A stretch of DNA of 64,000 nucleotides from an uncultured Clostridia bacterium (GTDB lineage: Bacteria > Bacillota > Clostridia > Oscillospirales > Acutalibacteraceae). Location of the stretch: contig CALWVN010000007.1 in NCBI GenBank assembly GCA_944384995.1, positions 4,348 through 68,347 of the forward strand, given 5' to 3'. The position numbers and the translations under genes were made by a program. Every line of letters starts with the position of its first letter. The stretch's first letter is position 1. This document shows positions 47,553 to 56,536 of the stretch, piece by piece. The notes under the pieces are model-generated. The model searched no databases. It was not told the origin of the DNA and saw only the letters and a program-made list of their open reading frames with translations.

Positions 47553-48005
47553 TTACGACATAATATACAGAAGCGCCATCAAAAGCGATTCGTCCGTGCC
47601 CTCGGATTTGAGGAGCAGCAGCAGGGAAAACAGCATCGCTTCATCCGGCTCGCGCAAAACGTCGTCGAGCAGATTTGCCTTGGTGCTCTGCGCCGTCTGC
47701 GCTTTGGCTTTCTGCGTTTCGGGATCGAAATATTCCTTGAAGCTCGGATAGGTAAGGTCTCGATTTTCCGGCAGGTTCAACGGCATTTTGATGCGGCCGG
47801 ACGGCGATTTTTTCTGCGGCTGCCGGTTTGGCGCCGTCGCATTTTGTGCAAGCGGTTTGCGCTCGTCTGTATTCTGCGGGCGTCTTTGGGCTGCGGCGCG
47901 GTTGTCCTCTTCTACATACTGCTGTGCGCGCTGCTGCATGCTGCGCACACGTTCGAGCGCCTTTTCCTGCATCCGGCGAAGCTCATCGTACGTATATTCT
48001 TGCAT
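47553..48005 (-). CDS. Hypothetical protein (charged, low-complexity; hydrophobic C-terminus)
   Basis: 150 aa. Third gene of a tightly packed trio. No recognised domain. Confidence 0.5.
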   Translation of the reverse strand: MQEYTYDELRRMQEKALERVRSMQQRAQQYVEEDNRAAAQRRPQNTDERKPLAQNATAPNRQPQKKSPSGRIKMPLNLPENRDLTYPSFKEYFDPETQKAKAQTAQSTKANLLDDVLREPDEAMLFSLLLLLKSEGTDESLLMALLYIMS

Positions 48006-48006
48006 A

Positions 48007-48384
48007 TCAGAACAGCCCCTTCAAAAGCGGAAGTACATCCATCAGCCGCAAAAAGCGCATAGCTTCCTCCGCCTTCTGCCGCCGTTCTTCGGAAAGCAGG
48101 GGCATAAGCGCATGGATAAACCGCGTTCGATCATCCTCTTTGCCCATCTGCCCCGCCACTGTTGCAAGTGTCTTCGTAAGATCCTCGCCAAACAGCGAGG
48201 ACATGCCGCCGCCTGCCTTATTCGACGACGAGGCAGACGGTTTGGAAGAAGTTTCATTCTGTCCTTTTCCCCCGCCCACCGCGCCGGAGTTGATCAGATT
48301 CTGCGCCACGCTTTTCAGCCGTTCAAGCTCTTCGGGGCTGACGGAATTCAAAAGCTCACTGATGCTGTTCGTGTCCATCCGCAT
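48007..48384 (-). CDS. Hypothetical protein
   Basis: 125 aa with a Gly/Ser-rich centre. Its stop lies 1 nt before the next start. Confidence 0.5.
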   Translation of the reverse strand: MRMDTNSISELLNSVSPEELERLKSVAQNLINSGAVGGGKGQNETSSKPSASSSNKAGGGMSSLFGEDLTKTLATVAGQMGKEDDRTRFIHALMPLLSEERRQKAEEAMRFLRLMDVLPLLKGLF

Positions 48385-48598
48385 TCTCCCCCATCAGCTT
48401 GCGCATAAGGCTTTGCGCCTGCGGCGTTTGCAGCAGAGCGCGCGCGGCGCTTTCGTCCGACAGCACCTCTTTGAGCTTTTTGGACTGCGCCGGGCTCAAC
48501 TGCTGCATGAGATAATCTTCTACTTCTTTTTTGGTGCCTTTGGCTTTCATTTCTCCGATCATTTTATCCAAAAATCCGTTATCCTGCATTGCAAACAC
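48356..48598 (-). CDS. Hypothetical small protein
   Basis: 80 aa, helical and charged. It overlaps the following ORF by 29 nt. Confidence 0.45.
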   Translation of the reverse strand: MFAMQDNGFLDKMIGEMKAKGTKKEVEDYLMQQLSPAQSKKLKEVLSDESAARALLQTPQAQSLMRKLMGENADGHEQHQ

Positions 48599-48653
48599 CT
48601 CACCGATTTGATATACTTGTCATACAAATACCTATGAACGGGAGGCAGACATT

Positions 48654-49127
48654 ATGCTTCGTTTGCTGGTGCTTTCGGATTCGCACCGCGACCGATACGC
48701 ACTTGAACGCGCGTTACGCCTGCACCGCGAGGCGGACGCAGTCTTTTTTCTCGGCGACGGGGAGGAGGATTTTCTGTCTCCGAATATACAACAGCTTTGT
48801 CGTGACAAAAAGGTCACGGTGCTTGCGGGAAACTGCGATTTTTACTCCCAGCTGCCCAAAGAGGAGCTGGTGCTTTTGGGCGGGAAGCGCATTTTGGCGC
48901 TGCACGGGCATACGCGATTTGTCAAGCACGGGTTCCAAATGCTCGAAGAAGAAGCCGAGCGCCTGCACGCGGATCTGGTGCTGCACGGGCACACGCATAT
49001 CCCGCGTACGGAATACAAGAACGGCATTTACTACCTGTGCCCCGGCAGCGTGCACGCCGGGGATTACGGGATGGCGGATATCACCGATAAGGGCGAGATC
49101 CTTTGTATAACAGCAAAACTGACATAA
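48654..49127 (+). CDS. YfcE/MJ0936-family metallophosphoesterase
   Basis: LLVLSDSHRD...FLGDGEED...GNCD...HGH...GHTH motifs. Confidence 0.85.
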   Translation: MLRLLVLSDSHRDRYALERALRLHREADAVFFLGDGEEDFLSPNIQQLCRDKKVTVLAGNCDFYSQLPKEELVLLGGKRILALHGHTRFVKHGFQMLEEEAERLHADLVLHGHTHIPRTEYKNGIYYLCPGSVHAGDYGMADITDKGEILCITAKLT

Positions 49128-49147
49128 CGAAAGGAGCATTTCCTATT

Positions 49148-50311
49148 ATGATGCTGCATATAAAAAATGTTCAAATCATTGGGGAAAACAACGTGTTTCC
49201 CGGTGAAGTCCTCGTGAAAGGCGGCAAGATCGCAGAGGTCGGCGCGCACGTCCCCTGCCCCGAGGGCGCCGAGGTGCTCGACGGCGGCGGGCAATACCTT
49301 TCGCCGGGCTTTATCGATCTGCATGTGCACGGCGGCGGCGGATATTCCGCCATGGGCGGCAAGGACGCGGTCGTGCGCATGTGCGAAGCGCACGCGCGCT
49401 ACGGAACGACCTCCATTCTGCCGACAACGCTTGCCGCGCCCATCGCGCAGCTCAAAACCGCAATGGACGGCATCCGCGAAGCACAGAGCGCGACGGACAA
49501 CGTACACATCCTCGGCGTGCATTTGGAGGGGCCGTTCCTCTCGCCGAATATGTGCGGCGCGCAAAGCCCCGAAAACATCCTGGTGCCCGACGAGTGGGAC
49601 TGCGAGGATCTGCTTTCTTACTGGGACGGGATCAAAATCGTAGGCGCGGCGCCCGAAACGAAAGGCGGCATGGCGCTTGGGAAGCTCATCCGCAAGCACG
49701 GCGCGGTGGCGTCCGTAGCGCATTCCACGGCAGATTATGACCTGGCGCAGGAGGCGTTCCGAAACGGGTATTCGGATGTCACGCACCTGTATAACGCCTG
49801 TACCTCCTGCCACAAGATCGGCGTGTTCCGCCACGCGGGAACGGTGGAGGCGGCGCTCGTCAACGACGATGTAACTACACAGGTCATCGCCGACCTGCGC
49901 CACCAGCCCGAGGGCGTTCTGCGGCTGATCTACAAATGCAAGGGCGCAGACAAAATGTATGTCATCACCGACGGGCTGGAGTTTGCCGCGACGCAGATGC
50001 AGGAGGGCGAAGAGTTCGTGCAGGAAAACGGCATGGCGGTCGTCTACACGGACGGCGTGATGCTGCTCGCCGACCGTTCGTGCCTTGCGGGTTCGGTGGC
50101 GACCTGCGACCTTTTGGTGCGCAATCTGTACACAAAGCTGCACTTGCCGCTTTGCGATTGTGTAAAGATGGCAAGCCTTACACCTGCACGAGTGATCGGG
50201 ATCGATGACCACACGGGGAAGATCGCAGCGGGCTATGATGCTGACCTGCTGCTGTTCAACGATGACGTGCGCATCAGCGCCGTTTTTGTAAGCGGCAAGC
50301 GAGTTGTGTAA
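49148..50311 (+). CDS. nagA: N-acetylglucosamine-6-phosphate deacetylase
   Basis: GFIDLHVHGGGG...GVHLEGPFLS...AHSTADY are amidohydrolase motifs. AAAGGAG lies upstream of ATG 49148. Confidence 0.88.
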   Translation: MMLHIKNVQIIGENNVFPGEVLVKGGKIAEVGAHVPCPEGAEVLDGGGQYLSPGFIDLHVHGGGGYSAMGGKDAVVRMCEAHARYGTTSILPTTLAAPIAQLKTAMDGIREAQSATDNVHILGVHLEGPFLSPNMCGAQSPENILVPDEWDCEDLLSYWDGIKIVGAAPETKGGMALGKLIRKHGAVASVAHSTADYDLAQEAFRNGYSDVTHLYNACTSCHKIGVFRHAGTVEAALVNDDVTTQVIADLRHQPEGVLRLIYKCKGADKMYVITDGLEFAATQMQEGEEFVQENGMAVVYTDGVMLLADRSCLAGSVATCDLLVRNLYTKLHLPLCDCVKMASLTPARVIGIDDHTGKIAAGYDADLLLFNDDVRISAVFVSGKRVV

Positions 50312-50681
50312 AGCTGTTTAGCTTGTCTTTTGTGTTCCCGGCGTGAACGGTGTCTCTCGATCATTTGTTGGTTTTCACATAGAGAGGATACATACATTTT
50401 GGCGATTCTGCAAACGGTTCCGCAAGCGGCGCCGCCGTACCTCCGGTTTTTAAAAAGTTATATATCTTTTTGGAAACAGGAGAAGAAAGCTGAACACGAA
50501 ATAACCGGCGGGCTCTGCGAGTCCGCCGGTTTTGATATATATATAATTGTGAAAAACATATCAAAAAATTTTTTGATTAAAAAGTTTTTAAACACTATTG
50601 ACAAATCGCAGGAAATATAGCATACTGTTTTTATAGGGTGAATCTTCATTCACCGAATTTAGTATGAAACGGAGTATGCTT

Positions 50682-51935
50682 ATGTCCTACAACCCTTATG
50701 ACAATGTGCTTGCAACGGTTGAAAAAGCCGCCGAATTGCTCGGCTACGCGCCTGAGGATTACGAAGCCGTCAAATACCCGGAACGGGAACTGAGCGTCTC
50801 CGTTCCTGTGCGCATGGACGACGGCGGCGTGCGCGTGTTCCAAGGCTTCCGCATCCAGCACTCGACCGTGCGCGGTCCTGCGAAGGGCGGCATCCGCTAC
50901 CACCAGAATGTCAACAAGGACGAGGTCAAGGCGCTGGCGGCCTGGATGACCTTCAAATGCGCCGTGGTGGATATCCCCTACGGCGGCGGCAAGGGCGGGA
51001 TCGTAGTCGACCCCTCTACCCTGTCCATTGCGGAATTGCAGCGGCTCACCCGCCGTTTTACCACGATGATCGCGCCGATCATCGGCCCGGACCGCGACAT
51101 TCCCGCCCCCGACGTGGGCACGAACGCGGAGGTCATGGGCTGGGTCATGGATACATACAGCATGCTAAACGGTCATGCCATCCCTGCGGTGGTCACGGGC
51201 AAGCCTCTCCAGCTCGGCGGCAGCCAGGGGCGCGGTGAAGCGACGGGGCGCGGTGTGATGCTCAACACCCTGTATATCTGTGAAAAGCTCGGTATTGCGA
51301 TCCAAAATGCGACAGTCGCCGTGCAGGGTATGGGCAATGTCGGCAGCGTTTCGGCACGTCTGCTTTACGAGCAGGGCGCAAAGGTCGTGGCGGTCAGCGA
51401 CGTTTCCGGCGGTATTTACAAAGCGGAGGGCTTAAACATCCCCGCGATCTGCCAATACCTTTCCAAACGCGGCAATCTGCTTTCAGGGTATGAAGAAGCG
51501 GGTATGACGCGCATAAATAACGAAGAACTGCTTACCTCCGACGTCACGGTGCTCATCCCCGCAGCGCTTGAAAATCAGATCGACGCGCAAAACGCCGGGC
51601 GCATCCGCGCCAAGGTCATTGTAGAGGGCGCGAACGGCCCGACGACGATCGAGGCGGACGATATTTTAGAGAAAAACGGCGTGGTGCTCGTCCCCGACAT
51701 TCTCGCAAACGCGGGCGGCGTGGTGGTCTCGTATTTCGAGTGGGTACAGAATTTGCAGGCGCTCGAATGGGAGGAACAGGACGTCAATGACAAGCTCGCC
51801 AAAAACATGCGCAAGGCGTTTGACAGTGTGTATGCCATCGCTGAGAAAAAGAAGACCACGCTGCGCATGGGCGCGTACCTCATCGCCCTCAAGCGCGTGG
51901 TAGAGGCCACGCAGTTCCGCGGCATCTGGCCGTAA
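50682..51935 (+). CDS. gdh: Glu/Leu/Phe/Val-family dehydrogenase, most likely glutamate dehydrogenase
   Basis: RGPAKGGIRYH...FKCAVVDIPYGGGKGG...VQGMGNVGS. The start at 50682 lies 7 nt after GGAG. Confidence 0.88.
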   Translation: MSYNPYDNVLATVEKAAELLGYAPEDYEAVKYPERELSVSVPVRMDDGGVRVFQGFRIQHSTVRGPAKGGIRYHQNVNKDEVKALAAWMTFKCAVVDIPYGGGKGGIVVDPSTLSIAELQRLTRRFTTMIAPIIGPDRDIPAPDVGTNAEVMGWVMDTYSMLNGHAIPAVVTGKPLQLGGSQGRGEATGRGVMLNTLYICEKLGIAIQNATVAVQGMGNVGSVSARLLYEQGAKVVAVSDVSGGIYKAEGLNIPAICQYLSKRGNLLSGYEEAGMTRINNEELLTSDVTVLIPAALENQIDAQNAGRIRAKVIVEGANGPTTIEADDILEKNGVVLVPDILANAGGVVVSYFEWVQNLQALEWEEQDVNDKLAKNMRKAFDSVYAIAEKKKTTLRMGAYLIALKRVVEATQFRGIWP

Positions 51936-51978
51936 GATGTAAATTTTAGCATGGTGCTCTGACACGGTCAATAAAACC

Positions 51979-52016
51979 AAGCGCGGCGAGGTTACCCTCG
52001 CCGCGCTTAATTTTTA
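51979..52016 (+). terminator. Terminator after gdh
   Basis: AAGCGCGGCGAGG-TTAC-CCTCGCCGCGCTT followed by AATTTTTAT. Confidence 0.8.
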
Positions 52017-52382
52017 TGATTTATAAAGCGGCGCCGCCGTCCGTGCCCGGTTGCCCGGACAGTTCCGGCTGCCATCCCCCTTTACCGTAGACTCAAATAT
52101 CTAGCCAGCCGTCGTCCCCGCCCTCTACCGGGCCGGTGCCGACCAAAACGGCAATGATATCTTCCACATCATACACAGAGACGTCGAAATTCGGGCTCTC
52201 ATAGAGATATTTTATTTTCTTATGCTCCTTTCAGAATCAAATTATCCCTTGTCACCGGAAGATCATCGCATCGCCGTCCTCCGACAAGTCACCGCTGATC
52301 CTTACTTTGATTTCCTCAGTTTGTTCAAACGCCGTTAATTGAAAGTCCGGCGGTGCATATATCTTTCCGATTCCTGTTATAT

Positions 52383-55103
52383 TTAGCCGGTGAAAGGGTA
52401 CGCCGCAAGATAGTCCGCTGCAATGGCGTCATAATTTGCATGCAGAAGAGCCTGCTCGGCCGCATCATAGAACGCGTAAGCCGTCCGGCCGTCCGCGTCG
52501 AGATACTCGATCACGCCGACATACGTCAAATCGGAACGCGTATCCGCGCTTGTGATCTCCAGACGCGCACCGAAGTATGCGTCAGCCGTGTCGCTTGTCT
52601 TCTGGATATAGTTCGTCCAGGCAACTTCATAGCCTTCCGTCGCGGTGCCCTGCGCCACCGCCTGTGCGGTTTCCATGTCGAAGCCGTCCGTCCCTCTGTA
52701 AGCCACGAAGCCAAGTCTTTGGATCGCGTTGGTGCCGCCGCCGGCTGCCGTGTTCGCAAAGTACGCATCCCAATCCGCATCCGTGATCGTGGAGATCACA
52801 CGGAACGTGAACGCATCCGCGACCGTCGTTTCGCTCGTCACCGTCATCTTGACCTGCGCTCTGTTCTTCGTTACGGCAGGGCCTTCCTGCTCGAGTGCTG
52901 TTGCGGTCGCGCTGAAATACTGTTTGCCATCGGTGAGCGTTCCTGCGATCGTCGTTTCCTCCGTAAACGGCGAGCCGTCGATTTGGGTGGCGTCGGCATG
53001 CATCTGTTCCCAAGCCGGCTCCCGGGTGTTTTCATCGAAAATACCGTCGTCCAGGACCTTTATACTGATCGCGGTGTTTTCGGGGCGGACGATCACGTTC
53101 CCTTCACGGTAAAAGCCGGCCGTATAGCCTACTGCGGCTACGTTCCCACCCGAGAGGATGATATCCCCATAGATTGCGATACCGCTGCTGTAAACGTCAG
53201 AGCCGTCACTCACGGCAAAGCCTCCTGCGGCTTTCACCGTGCCACCGGTAACGGTAACGCCGGCGTCGGAAACGATACCGTCGCTGTAGGCGTAGCCGTC
53301 TTCACCCGTGGAGGTGGCTTCGCCGCCTGCGGCGTTCACTGCACCGCTGTTTATGGTGATATTGACACCGCCGATACCGTTGCTTTTCGCAAGCAGAGCT
53401 GTGGCAGCGCCGCCTGTGGCGGTGACCGTGCCGCCGGTGACGGTAATGAAATCGGATTTGATGCCGCTGCTGAAAGCGTAACCGTCTTCACCCGTGGCGG
53501 TAGCTTCGCCGCCTGCGGCGTTCACTGCGCCACTTCTTATGATAACAGCATCATAGGTGTGAATGCCGATGCTGTAGGTATAACCGTATTCGCCCGTGAC
53601 GGCTGCTGCCCCGCCCTTTGCTGTGACCGTACCGGCGCTCACGGTGACCCTATAGGCATAAATACCCGTGCTTTCGGCATTTTCCGAAGCTTCCGCCGCA
53701 CCGCCGGAAATATCCAGCGCACCGTCGCCGGAGACAGTGAGACTGCCGCCGACAAAGACCCCGAAGCTTGCACCGATTCCGTTTAAATCGTCGCCATTCG
53801 GGCCGATGATCGTGTTCGTGCCTGCAAGCTCGAGCGTAAGGTCGGTTTCACAAAAGACGGCGGCGGCGCCTCCGTACTCAAATCCGTGTGCGCCCTGCGT
53901 GACCGTCGCGTTATTCAGGGTAAGCGTGCTGCCGTCCCACGCGATGTTGTAATTGTCTGCAGAAGCGCCTGCGGTCATCACCGCGCCGGAAGCATCCGTC
54001 AAAGCATAAACGGTGGTGTCCGCCTTACCCGCAAGCACCACGCCGCCTACGCAGATAATGTCGTTAAGCTGTACCACAACGCTGTGGAAGTATTTTTCCC
54101 CGGCAACGAGGTCGGTGATCTCTGTTTCCGCTGCAAACGGAGAACCACTGATTTCCGATGCAGTCTCCGCAGTCCCGCCCGTATGCACCTCAATGCCCTC
54201 GCCGGTCTGCGGGTTGACGACAGCATAGCGAGCGTGGGAAACGGCCTCGCTGTCACCGGTGGCAGTGACTTCCCCACCCTCTATGGAAACGTATCCGTTA
54301 TTGGCACATACGCCATAACTGTAAATAAGGGAGTACTCGTTCGTGGCGGCGGCTTTACCGTCTGCGGCAGTGACTTTCCCGCCCCGTATGGAGACGTCTC
54401 CGTTGTTGGAAAATATACCGCAGCTGTAAACCATGCAGGCATGACCCATGGCGGTGGCTTCGCCGCCTGCGGCGGTTACATTGCCGCCCTCTATGATAAC
54501 AGCACCATAAGTGTAGATGCCGTTGCTGTAGGTATAACCGTATCCGCCCGTGACGGCTGCTTCCCCGCCCTTTGCTGTGACCGTACCGGCACTTACGGTG
54601 ACCCTATGGGCATAAACACCCATGCTTTTGGCATTTTCCGAAGCTTCCACCGTACCGCCGGCGGCATTCAGAGAACCGCCGCCGGAAATAAAGATCTCTT
54701 CATTGTTGATATAAATGCCATAGCTGGAGACATAAGCATTTCCGGATTCGTTATCCGATCCTCTGACATGGCTCTCCCCGACCAGTTCTATCGTCAGATC
54801 GGTTTCGCAATAGATGGCAGCGGCTGCGCCGTCCTCAAATTCGTGCGCGCCCTGCGTGACCGTCGCGTTATTCAGGGTAAGCGTGCTGCCGTCCCACGCG
54901 ATGTTGTAATTGTCTGCAGAAGCGCCTGCGGTCATCACCGCGCCTGTATCATCCGTCAGAGCGTAGACGGGGGCGTCCGCACTGCCTGTGAGCGCTATGC
55001 CGCCGACATAGACTGTGTCGCCGTCCGCTGCGAATGCCGCGACGGGCAGCAGCGTCAGCACCAAGCATAGGCTCAGCAGGATCGCGGTCAATCGTTTTTT
55101 CAT
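52383..55103 (-). CDS. Secreted 906-aa repeat protein (beta-helix-like GGxVxAxGG repeats, internally duplicated), putative adhesin
   Basis: AAAGGAGG RBS and signal peptide MKKRLTAILLSLCLVLTLLPVAAFA. There are two ~319-aa modules, each starting ...VYALTD..GAVMTAGASADNYNIAWDGSTLTLNNATVTQGAH, followed by many V-T-A-x-GG-x-A repeats. No LPXTG, SLH or choline-binding anchor was seen. Confidence 0.8.
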   Translation of the reverse strand: MKKRLTAILLSLCLVLTLLPVAAFAADGDTVYVGGIALTGSADAPVYALTDDTGAVMTAGASADNYNIAWDGSTLTLNNATVTQGAHEFEDGAAAAIYCETDLTIELVGESHVRGSDNESGNAYVSSYGIYINNEEIFISGGGSLNAAGGTVEASENAKSMGVYAHRVTVSAGTVTAKGGEAAVTGGYGYTYSNGIYTYGAVIIEGGNVTAAGGEATAMGHACMVYSCGIFSNNGDVSIRGGKVTAADGKAAATNEYSLIYSYGVCANNGYVSIEGGEVTATGDSEAVSHARYAVVNPQTGEGIEVHTGGTAETASEISGSPFAAETEITDLVAGEKYFHSVVVQLNDIICVGGVVLAGKADTTVYALTDASGAVMTAGASADNYNIAWDGSTLTLNNATVTQGAHGFEYGGAAAVFCETDLTLELAGTNTIIGPNGDDLNGIGASFGVFVGGSLTVSGDGALDISGGAAEASENAESTGIYAYRVTVSAGTVTAKGGAAAVTGEYGYTYSIGIHTYDAVIIRSGAVNAAGGEATATGEDGYAFSSGIKSDFITVTGGTVTATGGAATALLAKSNGIGGVNITINSGAVNAAGGEATSTGEDGYAYSDGIVSDAGVTVTGGTVKAAGGFAVSDGSDVYSSGIAIYGDIILSGGNVAAVGYTAGFYREGNVIVRPENTAISIKVLDDGIFDENTREPAWEQMHADATQIDGSPFTEETTIAGTLTDGKQYFSATATALEQEGPAVTKNRAQVKMTVTSETTVADAFTFRVISTITDADWDAYFANTAAGGGTNAIQRLGFVAYRGTDGFDMETAQAVAQGTATEGYEVAWTNYIQKTSDTADAYFGARLEITSADTRSDLTYVGVIEYLDADGRTAYAFYDAAEQALLHANYDAIAADYLAAYPFTG
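53890..53987 (-). repeat. 98-nt perfect direct repeat, copy A (inside the adhesin gene)
   Basis: Identical to 54847-54944, offset 957 nt (319 codons). The flanking sequence stays similar with scattered mismatches, for example 53596-53700 versus 54550-54660. Confidence 0.9.
54847..54944 (-). repeat. 98-nt perfect direct repeat, copy B (inside the adhesin gene)
   Basis: Identical to 53890-53987. Confidence 0.9.
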
Positions 55104-55269
55104 GGGTTCTTTCCTCCTTTTCGCGTCGGTTTGCGATCGTATAGATCCCCTTCCGCGTGCCTTGGGGTATATTCTTACACTGTAATTGTACCGAAAAAAG
55201 GGAGGATTTTCTATTACCCGTTTTGACCCCTGAAATGGGTGATGCCCGCAGAAGTCTGCAGGCATTTTT

Positions 55270-56250
55270 CTATCGCAGCATATACTGTTTCAATTCTTTC
55301 CGGGTTCCGACATGCAATTTCCGCATGGCTTCGGAGATGTGGCTTTTGACTGTATTTGCCGATATATGCAGGTGTTCTGCGATCTCCTGATTCGTCCAGC
55401 CTCTGGCGGCGAGCATCGCCATGGCAAACTCGGTGGTGGTCAGATCATCGGCGACATCGTGCCCGGTGATCGGGTTATGCACTCTACGCCACCCGGAAGA
55501 GAAACGATAGGTGATATCAATGATCCGCTTAAAATCCTTCGGCCATTTTGGTTTGATGACCGCCTCCAGCATAGCGCCCAGAAGACCGTGATGCTCCCCG
55601 AAGCCCTCGATGAGATCGTCCGGTTGGGCGATCTCCCATGCCGTTAGGAGATGCGTCTCGGCGCGGTCGGGCTGCTTTAAACTCATATAGTCCATGACCG
55701 CGACCAAATGCAGGTAGATGGCGGGGATCGGATAATGCGCCGCACCCATGGCAAGGGTAGCTTCCACCAAACCCGCGCTGTGTTCGTATTCCTCTTTCAG
55801 ATAGAGATAGTGTGCCTGCACATACAGAGCAAATGCCCGAATGCCGGGCGGAAGCTGCGGCAGAAAATTTTCCACCTCCGGCAGTTCCTCCGGCAGCGGC
55901 AGGTGCAGCAGTACCGCGCCGGACGAGGATACAAAGGCCGCAGCCGCCCGGAACTGCGGGGACTGCTCGCCTGCGGCAGTCAGGGATGCGTTCAGCTCGC
56001 CCAAAGCGAATCGGGCGCGCTGGATCTCTCCGATAGAGAGATTGGCGTACGCATAAAGCAGGCAGGCGGAGAGCCGCGCGCCCATATCGGGGCTTGTTAG
56101 ATAAACTTCCGCCTCTTTTGCAGCCTTTTCCGGACGGCCGCTGAAATAATGGTACTCGGCAAGCGCAATATCCCGCCGTGGACCTGCCGGCATAGCCTCC
56201 ACCGCCTCCCGGCAATGTCCCGGCGAGAACGCCGTATTCATCAGCGGCAT
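55270..56250 (-). CDS. LuxR/GerE-family transcriptional regulator with an N-terminal TPR-like domain
   Basis: The C-terminus is LTTTEFAMAMLAARGWTNQEIAEHLHISANTVKSHISEAMRKLHV, and the N-terminal ~250 aa are helical repeats. ATG 56250 was chosen because the part of the ORF upstream of it is Arg-rich and overlaps the HTH gene. Confidence 0.75.
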   Translation of the reverse strand: MPLMNTAFSPGHCREAVEAMPAGPRRDIALAEYHYFSGRPEKAAKEAEVYLTSPDMGARLSACLLYAYANLSIGEIQRARFALGELNASLTAAGEQSPQFRAAAAFVSSSGAVLLHLPLPEELPEVENFLPQLPPGIRAFALYVQAHYLYLKEEYEHSAGLVEATLAMGAAHYPIPAIYLHLVAVMDYMSLKQPDRAETHLLTAWEIAQPDDLIEGFGEHHGLLGAMLEAVIKPKWPKDFKRIIDITYRFSSGWRRVHNPITGHDVADDLTTTEFAMAMLAARGWTNQEIAEHLHISANTVKSHISEAMRKLHVGTRKELKQYMLR

Positions 56251-56519
56251 GAGGTTTTGTGATCCAGCAGCCCGCCGTGAGCCGTCTCTGCCGGGTCGGA
56301 TTTGACTTGCCGCTGCGTCCGGCGCGGGTCTCCGGGCTTCTGGGCATCGGCAGGGATCGCCCAGGCTTTCCCGATCCGCTGTGCGCCGGGAATGCGCCCC
56401 TCGGCACAGTATTGGTTGATCCGCCGCTCGGACACGCCCCATTTTTCCGCCGCTTCACGGATAGAAAGATAACGTTTCACTTCACCACTGCCTTTTATTA
56501 AATAGTATGCCGCATACAC
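56241..56519 (-). CDS. Small helix-turn-helix DNA-binding protein (excisionase/MerR-like HTH)
   Basis: YLSIREAAEKWGVSERRINQYCAEGRIPGAQRIGKAWAIPADAQKP. The true start may be GTG at 56480. Its 3' end overlaps the LuxR start by 10 nt. Confidence 0.6.
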   Translation of the reverse strand: MYAAYYLIKGSGEVKRYLSIREAAEKWGVSERRINQYCAEGRIPGAQRIGKAWAIPADAQKPGDPRRTQRQVKSDPAETAHGGLLDHKTSCR

Positions 56520-56536
56520 ACCTGTTTTTCTTTTTT

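Noticed and set aside
50312-50681. AT-rich 370-bp spacer between nagA and gdh as a possible small RNA or mobile-element scar
   Set aside because: It contains a plausible terminator-like hairpin (AACCGGCGGGCTCTGCGAGTCCGCCGGTT + TTGAT, about 50500-50538) and a TTGACA-type promoter for gdh. There are no repeats, no ORF and no conserved RNA motif that I can recognise, so it is ordinary intergenic regulatory DNA until shown otherwise.
52392-52398. CCCTTTC (X XXY YYZ) slippery heptamer in the zero frame, three codons before the adhesin stop. A -1 shift would add about 45 residues (HRLNITGIGKIYAPPDF...)
   Set aside because: No convincing downstream stimulatory stem-loop or pseudoknot at the right spacing. 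The extension has no recognisable function, and such heptamers occur by chance. Recorded only in case proteomics shows a longer isoform.
53500-54950. Repeated sequence blocks considered as a CRISPR array or as a DGR template/variable-repeat pair
   Set aside because: The repeats are in-frame coding duplications inside one ORF at a 957-nt period, not short repeats with unique spacers. No reverse transcriptase, cas genes or adenine-specific mismatch pattern are present.
56241-56442. Overlap of the 92-aa HTH ORF and the 390-aa LuxR ORF read as a frameshifted single gene (pseudogene)
   Set aside because: The LuxR frame has an in-frame ATG at 56250, exactly where protein-like sequence begins. The part of that ORF upstream of 56250 is Arg-rich noise. 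Two genes with a 10-nt overlap is the simpler reading, though a fused HTH-TPR-LuxR ancestor cannot be excluded without homologues.
55529-56458. 309-aa minus-strand ORF in an alternative frame across the LuxR gene
   Set aside because: The Arg/Gly/Pro-rich translation has no motifs. The competing frame carries a clear GerE/LuxR HTH.
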